Assembly (NCBI RefSeq): GCF_006345805.1
Contig: NC_042998.1
Coordinates: 196,106,001 to 196,170,000 of the forward strand
Direction: 5' to 3'
From: Octopus sinensis
Lineage: Eukaryota
DNA: 64,000 nucleotides
The notes below the pieces were generated by a model that was given only the letters and a program-made list of their open reading frames with translations, was not told where the DNA came from and did not search any database. Every line of letters starts with the position of its first letter. Within the stretch, counting starts at the first letter, position 1. The position numbers were made by a program, and so were the translations under genes. This document shows positions 1 through 12,601 of the stretch, piece by piece.

Positions 1-385
1 ATCATCGTTTAATGTCCGTTTTCTATGCTGGCATGGGTTGGACAGTTAGACTGAGCATTGGCAAGCCAGAAGGCCTGCACAAGGCCCCAATCTGATCTGG
101 CAAAGTTTCTACAGCTTGATGCCCTTCCTAACGCCAACCACTCCGAGAGTGTAGAGGGTGCTTTTTACATGCTACCATTGGCAGTACTACCTGACTGGCC
201 CCCGTGCCGGTGGCACGTAAAATCATCCACTACACTCTTGGACTGCTATGCATTAGGAAGGGCATCCAGCTGTAGAAGCTCTGCCAGACCAGGATTGGAG
301 CCTGGTGCAGCCATCTGGTTCACCAGCCCTCAGTCAAATCGTCCAACCCATGCTTGAATGGAAAGCGGACGTTAAACGATGATGA
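1..385. mobile_element. Inverted pair of (ATG)n-tailed short retroposons (family C)
   Basis: ttaggaagggcatccagctgtagaa...ccaacccatgc..atggaaagcggacgttaaacgatgatg on both strands. Other copies at 4485-4650, 6235-6450 and 22640-22804. Confidence 0.75.
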
Positions 386-429
386 TGATAATGTATGTAT
401 ATATATATATATGTATGTATATATATATG

Positions 430-476
<47 letters not shown>

Positions 477-596
477 GTGTGTGTGTATGCATATATATGT
501 ATCTAGGTATATATATATATATATATTATATATATATATATGTATATGTATGTAGGTATATATATATTATATATATACACACACACACACACACAC

Positions 597-645
<49 letters not shown>

Positions 646-1191
646 CCTACATACATACATGTATGTCTTCACCACCGCTTGGGAACTGTTGCTGGTGTGT
701 TGACGCCCCCCTTAACCTAGCGGTTCGGCAAAAGACACCGACAGAATAAGTACCAAAGTTTTTTCTTTGACTAAAAACAAAAACTCATCAAGGCATTGCC
801 CCAGCATGGCCGTAGTCTACTGACGGGAACGAGTAAAAGATAAAAGATAACCAAATTACATTTTCATCGATTAATTATAATGGTGTTGTTCTCGTTAGTA
901 ACTAAGACTTATCGATTAATTATTTTGCAGTTGTATATATTACTGTCAATTATTGTTGTTGTATACATTGCAATTAGTTTTTTATTGATTAAACAATATT
1001 ACTAGTTATTATTGATTAATTACTATGCAGTTATGCATATTACAATTAATTTTCATTGATTAATTATCATACAGCTGTGTATGTATATATATATATACAT
1101 ATATATACATATATATATATATATATACATATATATATTATATACATATATATATATATACATACATACATATATATACATACATATATAC

Positions 1192-1265
<74 letters not shown>

Positions 1266-1406
1266 ATATATTGTTATCGCCATATTAATATGGCAGTCTT
1301 ATAGATATAATTTCCAGTAACACTGCCGTAATCTCTTTTAGAGAGACTTAGTAATTTTAATATTTCTATTATATATATATATATACATATATATATATAC
1401 ATATAT

Positions 1407-1566
1407 AGGAGTGGCTGTGTGGTAAGTAGCTTGTCTACCAACCACATGGTCCCGGGTTCAGTCCCACTCTGTGGCACCTTGGGTAAGTGTCTTCTACTAT
1501 AGCCTCGGGCCGACCAAAGCCTTGTGAGTGGATTTGGTAGATGGATACTGAAAGAAGCCCGTCGTA

Positions 1567-1622
<56 letters not shown>

Positions 1623-1831
1623 CTTGTGTGTCTGTGTTTGTCCCCCTAGCATTGCTTGACAACCGATGCTGGTGTGTTTATGTCCCCGTCACTTAGCGGT
1701 TCGGCAAAAGAGACCGATAGAATAAGTACTGGGCTTACAAAAGAATAAGTCCCGAGGTCGAGTTGTTCGATTAAAGGCGGTGCTCCAGCATGGCCACACT
1801 CAAATGACTGAAACAAGTAAAAGAGTAAAAG
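1407..1831 (+). mobile_element. tRNA-derived SINE family B (CORE-like segment, internal (TA)n/(TG)n)
   Basis: Head ggagtggctgtgtggtaag...gggttcagtccc; caccttggg(c/t)aagtgtctt; tail actgaaacaagtaaaagagtaaaa. More than 12 copies in the window. Confidence 0.85.
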
Positions 1832-2008
1832 AGATATACATATATAATATACATATATACATATACACAACATCATATATAACATATACATATACATATA
1901 TACATATACATATATATGTACATATACATATATACATATATATATAATATATATATATATTATATATATATTATTATATATATATATATAATATATATAT
2001 AATATATA

Positions 2009-2062
<54 letters not shown>

Positions 2063-2304
2063 AATATATATATATATATATCACTGCTTTTACAACTGAT
2101 TTTTGCTATCCAAACAAATAAACAAAACTATTGTAATCAAATGATGATGATGATTACTTTATTAACCACAAATGGTTTACATTGAGAAAAACATTATGGA
2201 AAGCACAGGACAAAGCAAAGAACGTGTGTGTGTGTGTGTTGTTGCAAGCATTTTTGTGTGTAAACAAAATGTTTCAAAATCAACAATGTGTGAGCCTCAT
2301 TGTT

Positions 2305-2333
2305 GTTGATGATAATGATGGTGATGATGATGG

Positions 2334-2371
<38 letters not shown>

Positions 2372-2470
2372 GTGATGATGGTGATGATGATGATGATGAT
2401 GATGGTGATGATGATGGTGGTGATGATGATGATGGTGATGGTGGTGGTGGTGGTGGTGGTGGTGATGATG

Positions 2471-2502
<32 letters not shown>

Positions 2503-2572
2503 GATGATGATGATGGTGATGATGTGATGATGATGATGATGATGGTGATGATGATGGTGGTGATGATGATGG

Positions 2573-2603
<31 letters not shown>

Positions 2604-2614
2604 GATGATGATGA
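2305..2614. repeat. (GAT/GGT)n microsatellite
   Basis: Direct reading. Confidence 0.95.
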
Positions 2615-2617
2615 TAA

Positions 2618-2915
2618 GGAAGTGCCAAAGATAGTCTCAACTGGCAACTGGTCACACGTATTGAGAAGAGCTTCGTCGCTGAGAATTTTCTTTGCCTTTC
2701 CCTCTTTTATTTTATTTGTTTACTTTCCTGTCTTTCTTCCCCTTTTTACTCTGTCACATGACTTTGCAAATGAACAGTCTGGTGTTGTTATTTTAATGGC
2801 CTACCAATTTATTATATGGTGCATTTCTCTGCCCTAGGTGTCAGGAGGACACTCGGCAAGAAATGGAAATAATTGAAAGAAGATGGTAATGAAAATAATA
2901 ATAATAATAATAATA
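2618..2915 (+). mobile_element. R4/Dong-like LINE extreme 3' end with (TAA)n tail
   Basis: QKIVSTG..HVLRRASSL; 3' UTR ttctctgccctaggtgt...agaaatggaa shared with 3485-3760. Confidence 0.55.
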
Positions 2916-3462
2916 CAGTACCAGGCAGTGGCTCTCATGGCTGCTGATCTTAACCAATTGGAAGTGTTATCATGTACATTGTTTTGTCTTGGTATAAAAG
3001 ATGGGCCACAGCAAATATTCTGCTCAATACCACAGATTTGCTTGTCAGTTGTTTGACCTTAACCAGTTGAGCATGTCCCTTAGTGGCTGACGATATGTGC
3101 ATCTCTGATCACGAGCAGAAGTAGTGGGGGAGCATCATAGCCATGTGTTGAGAGGGATTCTTTGGGGTTTGAATAATTCACCTTTGGAAACATGGGTGGT
3201 TCTTTCAACATCCTTAAACAACCCTTATTCAGGGACCGTTTGAGCGGGACGGGCTACTCAACCTGAAGAAAATTCTAACTGGGCCCCACCTGCAAGGTCA
3301 TGTGCTGTTTATCTTGATATGAGATCACCATGTTGTGTACATATGGCTGTGATGCATGTGCCTGGTGTACCCTTACCAGACGGGTAGTCATGATGGGTAT
3401 ATTGGGCTTTGTATATTTTACCCCAGTGTCACTTTGATGGCATGCACTGCTCTCTCACTCAA
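2916..3462. repeat. ~550-bp interspersed repeat between (TAA)n tracts; partial second copy at 6966-7262
   Basis: cagtaccaggcagtggctctcatgg...ccttaaacaacccttattc nearly identical in both places. Confidence 0.75.
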
Positions 3463-3484
3463 TAATAATAATAATATTAGGAAT

Positions 3485-3760
3485 GATAAAAAAAGGTACT
3501 TACCATCCCTACAGGTAGTGCAAAAAATCGTGTTAACTGGAATGGCTCATGTACAGAGAAGAGCATTATCGCTGTGAAAACAACATCCATCCATGAATTT
3601 ATTTATCTATTAATTTTTTAAATACATATTTTACCTGTGAATTTGCGTGTGTAATCTGGGAATGCATACAATGAGCTTCTCTGCCCTAGGTGTACGGAAA
3701 ACACCCAGCGAGAAATGGAAGAAAATTTGAAGAAGGAAAAAATTATAATAATAATAATGT
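3485..3760 (+). mobile_element. R4/Dong-like LINE extreme 3' end
   Basis: LPSLQVVQKIVLTGMAHVQRRALSL* resembles the R4/Dong ORF C-terminus; flanked by (TAA)n. Confidence 0.55.
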
Positions 3761-3789
3761 GAAGGAGGAGGAAGATTGATGCAGTCTTC

Positions 3790-4230
3790 CTGATACAGAA
3801 CTTCCAAAAAGGGCCAATAAAGGAACCTCATTCGTTGATCCAGGGTTACCCTGACCATCAAAGACACAAGCCCTGCCCTAGCTGTTGCTTTCCAATCTAT
3901 AGGTGCATGCTTAGAATGGGGCCATTCATGTCAACTATTTTTGCCATAAACACTCCCCTTTTAGCACATTCACTGAGGTTGCACCCCCACCTCTAGACTC
4001 ACTTTCCTTTCCAAGTGGAACTTAAAATGATTGTTAAGGGCTTCGCTGGAGAGGAAGGTGTCTTTCCTCAATCCTTCCAGCCTCGCCCACTACTCTAAAC
4101 TTGTTTGCCATTGCTATGAAATAGAGGGACACTACCTACCCTGCCTTGTGAAAGGTGTGTGGAGTATGTTGTTATACACCGCTGGTTACAATGCGCTTTG
4201 CATTGTTTCAGCTTTTGAATGATGTCACCC
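3790..4230 (-). mobile_element. Older fragment of the same Tx1-like LINE
   Basis: Minus strand RLEGLRKDTFLSSEALNNHFKFHLERK aligns with HLKGLKTDSFLFGQALINFFKFPLKRK of the 42.5 kb copy. Confidence 0.55.
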
Positions 4231-4251
4231 CCTGTCACCCTTATTAATATC

Positions 4252-4282
<31 letters not shown>

Positions 4283-4286
4283 TATT

Positions 4287-4330
<44 letters not shown>

Positions 4331-4339
4331 TATACATTC

Positions 4340-4409
<70 letters not shown>

Positions 4410-4446
4410 ATATATATATATATACACACATACATATATATATATA

Positions 4447-4487
<41 letters not shown>

Positions 4488-5041
4488 TCATCATCATTTA
4501 GCGTCTGTTTTCCATGCTAGCATGGGTTGGACGGTTCAACTGGGGTTCTGGGAAGCCAGAAGGCTGCATCAGGCCCAGTCTGATCTGGCAGTGTTTCTAC
4601 GGTTGGATGCCCTTCCTAACGCCAACCACTCCGCGAGTGTAGTGGGTGCCTATCTATATAGATAGATAGATAGATAGATATTAATAAGGCTGAGAGCTGG
4701 CAGAAATGTTGGTGGGATTTCGTCTGCCACTACGTTCTGAGTTCAAATTCCGCCAAGGTCAACTTTGCCTTCCATCCTTTCAGGGTCGATAAATCAAGTA
4801 CCAGTTGTGTACTGGGGTCGATCTAATCGACTGGTCCCCCCCTCCTCAAAATTTCGGGCCTTGTGCCCAGAGTGAAAAGATTCGTTGCTGCATATTTGTA
4901 CATTTACTATCCAATACAACCACCTACTTATTACCCCCCTCCCCCAACCGCCCACACCCCTGTTTTTCAGTAATAAAAGTTCTTTGGAATATTATATTGA
5001 AACAATGAACTTTGTTACGGGAGCGAAACCAGAGAAGCTTA

Positions 5042-5061
5042 GTATTATTATTATTATTATG

Positions 5062-5124
<63 letters not shown>

Positions 5125-5253
5125 GTTATTGTTATTATTATTAGTATTATTATTATCATTATTATTATTATTAACATCATTATTATTATTATCATTATTA
5201 TTATCATTATTATTATTATTAACATCATTATTATTATTAGCATTATTACCACC

Positions 5254-5290
<37 letters not shown>

Positions 5291-5292
5291 TT
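5042..5292. repeat. (ATT)n/(ACC)n/(ACT)n compound microsatellite
   Basis: Direct reading. Confidence 0.95.
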
Positions 5293-5635
5293 ATGATGTC
5301 TTTAATGACCATTTGCCCTAACTAGTAATTAGACGTTTTCTGCTAATTCAATGTGGTTTCACTAAAACGAGATGTGTAATTAATTGTTCCAGTAATTGGT
5401 AACATTTAATTAACAACACCAACAACAACAACAACAGCTCTTTCACAAAAATTACTACAAACTCTAAACTGTGGACGTTGCCCTCCTTGTTTCATTGTTT
5501 AAATGTCACACACCGCAGAACACAGGGCTTTCGTTATGTTGTTATATAACAGTTTCAAGTTTTGGCACAAGGCCAGCAATTTCAGGGGAAGGGTAAATCG
5601 GTTACATTACCCCAGTATTTGACTGGTACTTATTT

Positions 5636-5780
5636 TTCAGTTCTATATTGGAGAGATGAGGAATTATGTACATTATTTACATTATGTAGATTATTTATCT
5701 GCCCACTGGCTTATGGCTTAGTGGTTAAGAGCGAAGGCTACTAACCCCAAGATTCCGAGTTCGATTCCAGGCAGTGACCT
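5636..5780 (+). mobile_element. Family A fragment (inverted tail plus tRNA head), interrupted by a family B SINE
   Basis: Head ggcttagtggttaagagcgaaggctactaaccccaagattccgagttcgattccaggcagtgacc; the expected (TAA)n resumes at about 6194. Confidence 0.65.
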
Positions 5781-6192
5781 CTTACTCTTTTACTCTTTTA
5801 CTTGTTTCAGTCATTTGACTGTGGCCATGCTGGAGCACCGCCTTTAGTCGAGCAAATCGACCCTGGGACTTATTCTTTTGTAAGCCCAGTACTTATTCTA
5901 TCGGTCTCTTTTGCCGAACCGCTAAGTAATGGGGACATAGACACACCAGCATCGGTTGTCAAGCAATGCTAGGGGGACAAACACAGACACACAAACACAC
6001 ACACACTTAAAATGTATATATATACATATATATGACAGGCTTCTTTCAGTTTCCATCTACCAAATCCACTCACAAGGCTTTGGTCGGCCCGAGGCTATAG
6101 TAGAAGACACTTGCCCAAGGTGCCACGCAGTGGGACTGAACCTGGAACCATGTGGTTGGTAAACAAGCTACTTACCACACAGCCACTCCTGC

Positions 6193-6193
<1 letters not shown>
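5780..6193 (-). mobile_element. SINE family B
   Basis: Full-length reverse-complement match to 1407-1831. Confidence 0.85.
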
Positions 6194-6235
<42 letters not shown>

Positions 6236-6454
6236 CATCATCATCATTGTTTAACGTCTGCTTTCCATGCTAGCATGGGTTGGACGATTTGACTGAGGTC
6301 TGGCAAACCAGACTCCAATCTGATCTGGCGGACTTTCTACAGCTTGATGCCCTTCCTAACACCAACCACTCTGAGAGTGTAGTGGGTGCTTTTACGGGCC
6401 ACCGGCACGAGGGCCAGTTTGGTGGTACTGGCAACAGCCGTGCTCAAAATAATA

Positions 6455-6838
6455 ATACAGTTCTATATTTAAGAGATGAGGAATTATTTACATTATTTAC
6501 ATTTGACAGATATTTGTCCTCATCTTGTTTGTTGTTAACACAATGTTTCAGCTGATATACCCTCCACCCTTCATCAGGTGTCTTGGGGAAATTTCAAACC
6601 TGGGTTCTCATTCCTAAGGTATTTTTTGATGTTGTTGTTGTTTTTATTATCATTATTATTATTATTATTATTTAGGCCTGGAATCACCTCGGAATCTTGG
6701 CTTCAGCAGCCTGCGCTCTTAACCACTATGCCATATGCCCGTGGGCATATGCATAACATACATAATGTAAATAATGGCGTAGTGGTTAAGAGCGCAGGCT
6801 ACTAACCCTAAGATTCCGAGTTCGATTCCAGGCCGTGA

Positions 6839-6845
<7 letters not shown>
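6455..6845 (-). mobile_element. tRNA-headed, hammerhead-containing short retroposon (family A) with inverted extra head
   Basis: Minus strand: tRNA-like head, (TAA)n, body with gacac-CTGATGA...GAAACATT-gtgtt (6537-6582), tail. Inverted tRNA head at 6777-6842. Confidence 0.75.
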
Positions 6846-6889
<44 letters not shown>

Positions 6890-6917
6890 TAGTAATGATG
6901 ATAATAATAGTAATAAC

Positions 6918-6964
<47 letters not shown>

Positions 6965-7460
6965 CCCTGATGCAGTACCAGGCAGTGGCTCTCATGGTTG
7001 CTGATCTTAACTGATTGGTAGTGTTATCATGTACATTGTTTTGTCTTGGTATAAAAGATGGGCTACAGCAAATATTCTGCTCAATACCACAGATTTGCTT
7101 GTCATGTCTCTTAGTGGCTGACGATATGTGCATCTCTGATCACAAGCAGAAGTAGTGGGGGAGCATCATAGCCATGTGTTGAGAGGGATTCTTTGTGGTT
7201 TGGATAATTCACCTCTGGAAACATGGGTGTTTCGTTCATCATCCTTAAACAACCCTTATTCGGGGTTGCTGTTGTGTTGAGTTGATTAAAGAGAGGGGGG
7301 AGAAACGAAATAGGGCGAGGAGGGGGGTTAAACAGGGAAGGAAAAATATAAACGTTTATACCGGAGTGAGTGAGGAGAGTCAACAGTATGTATGTGTGTG
7401 TCTGTGTGTGTGTGTATATTATATGGTGTGTGCAATATGGTTCTGTATTAATGCAAATAT

Positions 7461-7835
7461 GGAGTGGCTGTGTGGTAAGTAGCTTGCTTCCCAACCACAT
7501 GGTTCTGGGTTCAGTCCCACTGCGTGGCACCTTGGGCAAGTGTCTTCTGCCATATCCTCAGGCCGACCAATGCCTTGTGAGTGGATTTGGTAGACGGAAA
7601 CTGAAAGAAGCCCGTCATATATATGTATATATATATATGTGCGTGTATGTTTGTGTGTCTGTGTTTGTCCCCCCACCATTGCTGGTGTGTTTACGTCCCC
7701 GTCACTTAGCAGTTCGGCAAAAGAGACCGATAGAATAAGTACTGGGCTTACAAAAGAATAAGTCCCGGGGTCGAGTTGCTCGATTAAAGGCGGTGCTCCG
7801 GCATGGCCGCAGTCAACTGACTGAAACAAGTAAAA
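7461..7835 (+). mobile_element. SINE family B
   Basis: Match to 1407-1831. Confidence 0.85.
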
Positions 7836-8110
7836 AAGAGAGAAAGAGAAACCAAACATCAAATCTTCGAAGTACACACCCCTCTCTGTTCAACATATTT
7901 CTTTATCCTCCTCCTCCCCTCCTTTATTTTTTGTCCTTTCCTGTTTAATCAAAAGCAAATACACACCCATTCATACACATGTGCGCGCACACATACACAC
8001 ACACACCTATGTAAGCACAAACAAACCCACAAGCACGTACATATAGGCACACGCCTACACACACCTACACCGCATAGACACACACCCAGGTACACCTACA
8101 CACTCCGCAT

Positions 8111-8510
8111 AGGAGTGGCTGTGTGGTAAGTAGCTTGTCTACCAACCGCATGGTTCCGGGTTCAGTCCCACTGCGTGGCATCTTCGGCAAGTGTCTTCTG
8201 CTATAGCCCCGGGCCGACCAAAGCCTTGTGAGTGGATTTGGTAGATGGAAACTGAAAGAAGCCCATCGTATATATGTATATATGTATATATATATGCGTG
8301 TGTGTGTTTGTGTATCTGTGTTTGTCCCCCTAGCATTGCTTGACAACCGATGCTGGTGTGTTTATGTCCCCGTCACTTAGCGGTTCGGCACAAGAGACCA
8401 ATAGAATAAGTACTGGGCTTACAAAAGAATAAGTCCCGGGGTTGATTTGCTCGACTAAAGGCGGTGCTCCGGCATGGCCGCAGTCAAATGACTGAAACAA
8501 GTAAAAGAGT
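8111..8510 (+). mobile_element. SINE family B
   Basis: Match to 1407-1831. Confidence 0.85.
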
Positions 8511-8636
8511 ATATATATATATAGTAAAATCATGTAACAGTAAAATGTAGGAGTAAAATCATGTAGCAACACCAAATGGCGGTGCCCCAGCATGGCCACA
8601 GCTTGTGAGCTGAAACTAAATAATAAAAACAAAAAA

Positions 8637-8667
<31 letters not shown>

Positions 8668-9159
8668 CACACACATGCATGTTATAATTATATCCTTTAC
8701 CCGAAGGGTTATACTAAGCTAAAAAATCGATATTTCTAACAAGACCTACCAATCCATAACAAACGCCACAAAATGCAGACAGGTTCCGTACTGCAGATAT
8801 AAATATATTCTCGTCCAAGCTTTCAACCGGAACACCAACCAACAGGTGTCACCTTCTCCTCGTTCAACATCTCCATCACCGCCCTCATCACCTTTGTTCG
8901 TCTCCGTTGCCAGTTTTCCCTCCAATTTCCTCGCTCAACGAAATGTATTTTTATAACATTGGGAGGAGATGACGGGGGGGGGGATTCTCATGGTTGAGAT
9001 TTGCTTAATTATTAATATGTAATTATAGTGTGTTATGGTAACATACTATATGGCGGAGGGGACGACGTTAGGGACTACGTGCCTCCACCACCACCACCAC
9101 CATCACCACGCTTCATAGGAAACAAAAAAAAAATCTGTTTCTTTGTATTTATTTAATTA

Positions 9160-9295
9160 CTAGCGGTTATCGCCCGGCGTTGCTCGGGTTTGTTTCGACC
9201 CTTTAGAATTGGATTTTTGAAAAGTAAAAATTTTGCATTATGTAGCTTTTTATTCTCTTTAAGTGAACATTTTTCTGGTTGAAATACACCGAAAA
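9160..9295 (-). mobile_element. Helitron 3' end fragment
   Basis: ctagcggttatcgcccggcgttgctcggg, i.e. hairpin plus CTAG terminus. Confidence 0.65.
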
Positions 9296-9332
9296 AGATA
9301 CCGATAGAATAAGTAGTAGACTTACAAAGAGT

Positions 9333-9508
9333 GATACAGTCCTATATTTAGGAGATGAAGAATTATTTACATTATTTACATTCGACGGATATTTGTCCTC
9401 ATCTTGTTTGTTGTTAACACAACATTTCGGCTGATATACCCTCCAGCCTTCTTCAGGTGTCCTGGGGAAATTTCGAACCTGGGTTCTCATTCCTAAGGTA
9501 TTTTTCAA

Positions 9509-9543
<35 letters not shown>

Positions 9544-9672
9544 TCACTGCCTGGAATCGAACTCAGAATCTCGGGGTTAGTAGCCCGTGCTCTTAACCAC
9601 TAAGCCATATGCCCGTGGGACAAATATCCATCAAATATAAATAATATAAATAATATAAATAATATAAATAAT
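9333..9672 (-). mobile_element. Family A tRNA-head + hammerhead retroposon, complete unit with inverted tail copy
   Basis: Head 9538-9618 with A/B boxes; hammerhead gacac-CTGAAGA-a-ggctg..cagcc-GAAATGTT-gtgtt at 9416-9461; inverted tail fragment from 9619. Confidence 0.78.
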
Positions 9673-10176
9673 TTACAAAGAATAAGTCCTGGTGTCGATT
9701 TCTTCAACTAAAGGAACAAACGAAAGATTCACACACAAGACATGTTCTTTCCTCGTCAGTAATCGGCCAAAATCATAATGTCACACCTTTAACGATAAGG
9801 TTGTTCATTTTGGTGGCATCAACAAGCAAAATGCTGCAGGAAAGAAATGAGAGAATATAAAGAATGGTGAAGAAAACAAACAAAACATGTGTAGTTGGTA
9901 ACAGATATAGAATATCCAAGTCAAATAAAGGCCACATGGCTCTGAGACAGCATGGAGAACTTCAGTATAAAATTGATATGGAAAATAATTTTGTTTAATT
10001 TAGAAAAATAATAAGACATATTTATGGTAAATATGCAAATGAGGAATTTGTTTTCTTGAATTTTTATTTTAAGGTAATAAATATTTTTAGTTTGAAAAAT
10101 TAATATTCATTATTTCATTGGTTTTTATAAACACAATGAAATTTAATGGAAGTTAAACTATAATTATTGTTATTGC

Positions 10177-10508
10177 GGAGATGTACTTGCATAGCGAGTG
10201 ACCTGATCTGAGATCGTGTGCTGGTACGAAAACAATTGCAGCGTGGAAGGTGTTTGTAAGCCATATAAGAAACACACAAAAACTGTTAGACTTACTTCAA
10301 CATTTAAATTTAATTTGCCAAAATATTTTCGCCGCTTTGAAACCGAGACCTGTTCACTGAATTCTGCAGCATGGAATTTTCTCAGTGAACAGGTCGCAGT
10401 CTTAAAGCGACGAAAATATTTTGACAAATTAAATTTAAATGTTGAAGTGAATCTAACGGTTTTTGTGTGTTTTTAAATGGCTTATAAACACCTTCCACGC
10501 TGCAATTT
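10177..10508. mobile_element. Fold-back short element with two G3-C8 minimal hammerhead folds (family G)
   Basis: Arms about 10235-10360 and 10382-10507; tca-GTGAACA-g-gtcgc..gcgac-GAAA-ATAT-TT-tgacaaa at 10378-10428. Confidence 0.7.
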
Positions 10509-10650
10509 TATATATATATTGTATGTATGTTCTATTTCTTGATACTACCAATAGTGAAAAAAGATATCCGTTATATGACGGCCAACTCTGTAGTTATTAA
10601 AATTACAAGTCGATAGGCTGTGATTTGAGGGTAATTTTGCTCCTATTTCT

Positions 10651-10883
10651 TATTTCTTTATTGCCCACAAGGGGCTAAACATAGAAGGGACAAACAAGGA
10701 CAGACAAAGGGATTAAGTCGATTACATCAACCCCAGTGCTTAACTGGTACTTAATTTATCGACCTTGAAAGGATGAAAGGCAAAGTCGACCTCGGCAGAA
10801 TTTGAACTCAGAACGTAACTGCAGACGAAATACCGCTAAGCATTTCGCCCGGCATGCTAACGTTTCTGCCAGCTCGCCGCCTT
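10651..10883 (-). mobile_element. tRNA-derived SINE family M
   Basis: aggcggcgagctggcagaaacgttagc...gagttcaaattc...gcctttcatcctttc..ggtcgataaattaagtaccag...gccccttgtggg. Confidence 0.85.
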
Positions 10884-10924
10884 AATTTGCTCCTATTTCT
10901 ACCATGTTGTACGATCGTCTTGTG

Positions 10925-11123
10925 CAGTGGTTCCCAACCATTTTTCACCTATGGACACCTTTCTGTTTTAAAAAATTCTATTATATTTTTGTAATTAAAT
11001 ATCATTAAGAATTGGGTCAAAAATTGTTAAAATATTTTATGCATGGTTGACGTGTAACCAATTTATTGTACACCAATTTTAACAACAAAATCGTATTTGG
11101 ACCCCAGGTGGGGGGAACCGCTG
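10925..11123. mobile_element. hAT-type MITE; related copy at 27110-27369
   Basis: TIR cagtggttcccaacc / ggggggaaccgctg; AT-rich interior shared between copies; TSD not recognisable. Confidence 0.55.
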
Positions 11124-11734
11124 GTGCAAGTCTCCTTCCTTGACTCGGTGGAGCAACGATGTAGAAACTTTGTTCAGAACTCGATAGGTGACATGAAACT
11201 CGCTGTAAAGTTGATAGGTGACTTGGGTCCTTGATAAAGCTGACAGCTTTTCAGGTCGATACCTGACATTCGCCTATCTTTATTGAACGCCGCCGCATTG
11301 CACGCTGTGATGCAACGGAGGCCATGATCACAACGTCTGTGTTAAAGTTTACATAACATGGTAGACAAATTAGACACACCTATATACACATACCTGCTCG
11401 CACAAGCATATAATTATATCTGCATGCATTATGTACATGTGTGTATATACGTATGCGTACTTGTGTGTGTGTGTGTCTGTGTATGAAGCGAGTGGGATTC
11501 TCTCATTTGCCATTTAATTTGCGATAAAATAAAAATTAAAAAATGTATTTGGTAATAATTAGATTTGTATGAAACAGCGGGTGGGGAAGGAAGTCCACCC
11601 GACGTTATCAGTACCGTATCTTCTGATTACGTGTGTGTATATGTCAGTATGTGTGTTGTGTGTGTATTTATATGCCTTTCTCTGTGTGTGTTTGTGTGTG
11701 CCCTTTTATTATTATTACTATTATTTTCCCCCAC

Positions 11735-12005
11735 TTGTTCCAGTTATTAGATTGCGGCCTTTAAGAATTTTTAGTCGATGACTTTTGCCGAATCGCTAGG
11801 TTATGGGGATGTAAAGACACCATCACTGGTTGTCAAGCTGTAGTGGGGGAACAAACGAAGATACAAAGACACACACACACACACATACGTTTATATATAC
11901 GACGGGCTTCTTTCAGTTTCCGTCTACCAAATCCATTCACAAGGCTTTGGTCGGCCCGAGGGTATAGTAGTTGGACTGAACCCGGAACCATGTGGTCGGG
12001 AAGCA
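11735..12005 (-). mobile_element. SINE family B, degenerate
   Basis: Partial reverse-complement match. Confidence 0.7.
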
Positions 12006-12063
12006 AATCTATCAATAATGCCTGCCCCTTTAATGTGTGTTTGTGTGTGTGTGCATGCGTGTA

Positions 12064-12102
<39 letters not shown>

Positions 12103-12275
12103 CTGTTTGTATCTGTGTATGCAAACGAATGTTTCTATCGATTTTCTTTTTCTCTTTGTGGATCCTAGAAATATTGCTGACCTGCTAAATTGGATCATCA
12201 CACAGCTTTCTCTCTCTCTCTCTCTCTTCCTCTCTTCCTCCCTTTCTCTCTTCTCTCTTTTCACAAACACACACA

Positions 12276-12321
<46 letters not shown>

Positions 12322-12601
12322 AAACTCTGGTCTCTAAGTGTCTCAATAGGCGTCAACTTGTGAATATCGATCATCTCACATTAACAAAGTGGTTCTGTTG
12401 TTGTTATTCGTTTTGTTTAGATTATTAATCTATCAAAGTCGTACGACAGCTGCCCCTGAGCAGGAGGGGGAGGAGGAGGAGGGAGAGGAGGAGAGCATTC
12501 ATATATAGCAACATGTGTGTGTGTGTTTGTAAATATATCGTTAGCGATTTGTGACGGGATGTTGACAGCCTTTGGTTTAAAACAATAGTATTATTTAAAC
12601 T

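Noticed and set aside
2838-2885. Apparent 48-nt exon (ccctag|GTGTCAGG...GATG|gtaatg)
   Set aside because: The same sequence recurs at about 3680 as a LINE 3' UTR.
395-5325. Many ORFs of YI/CV/HT/poly-D/H/I type
   Set aside because: They are translations of (TA)n, (TG)n, (GAT)n and (ATT)n microsatellites, not genes.
5715-6842. tRNA-like sequences as real tRNA genes
   Set aside because: No proper acceptor stem, and always attached to repeat bodies; they are SINE heads.
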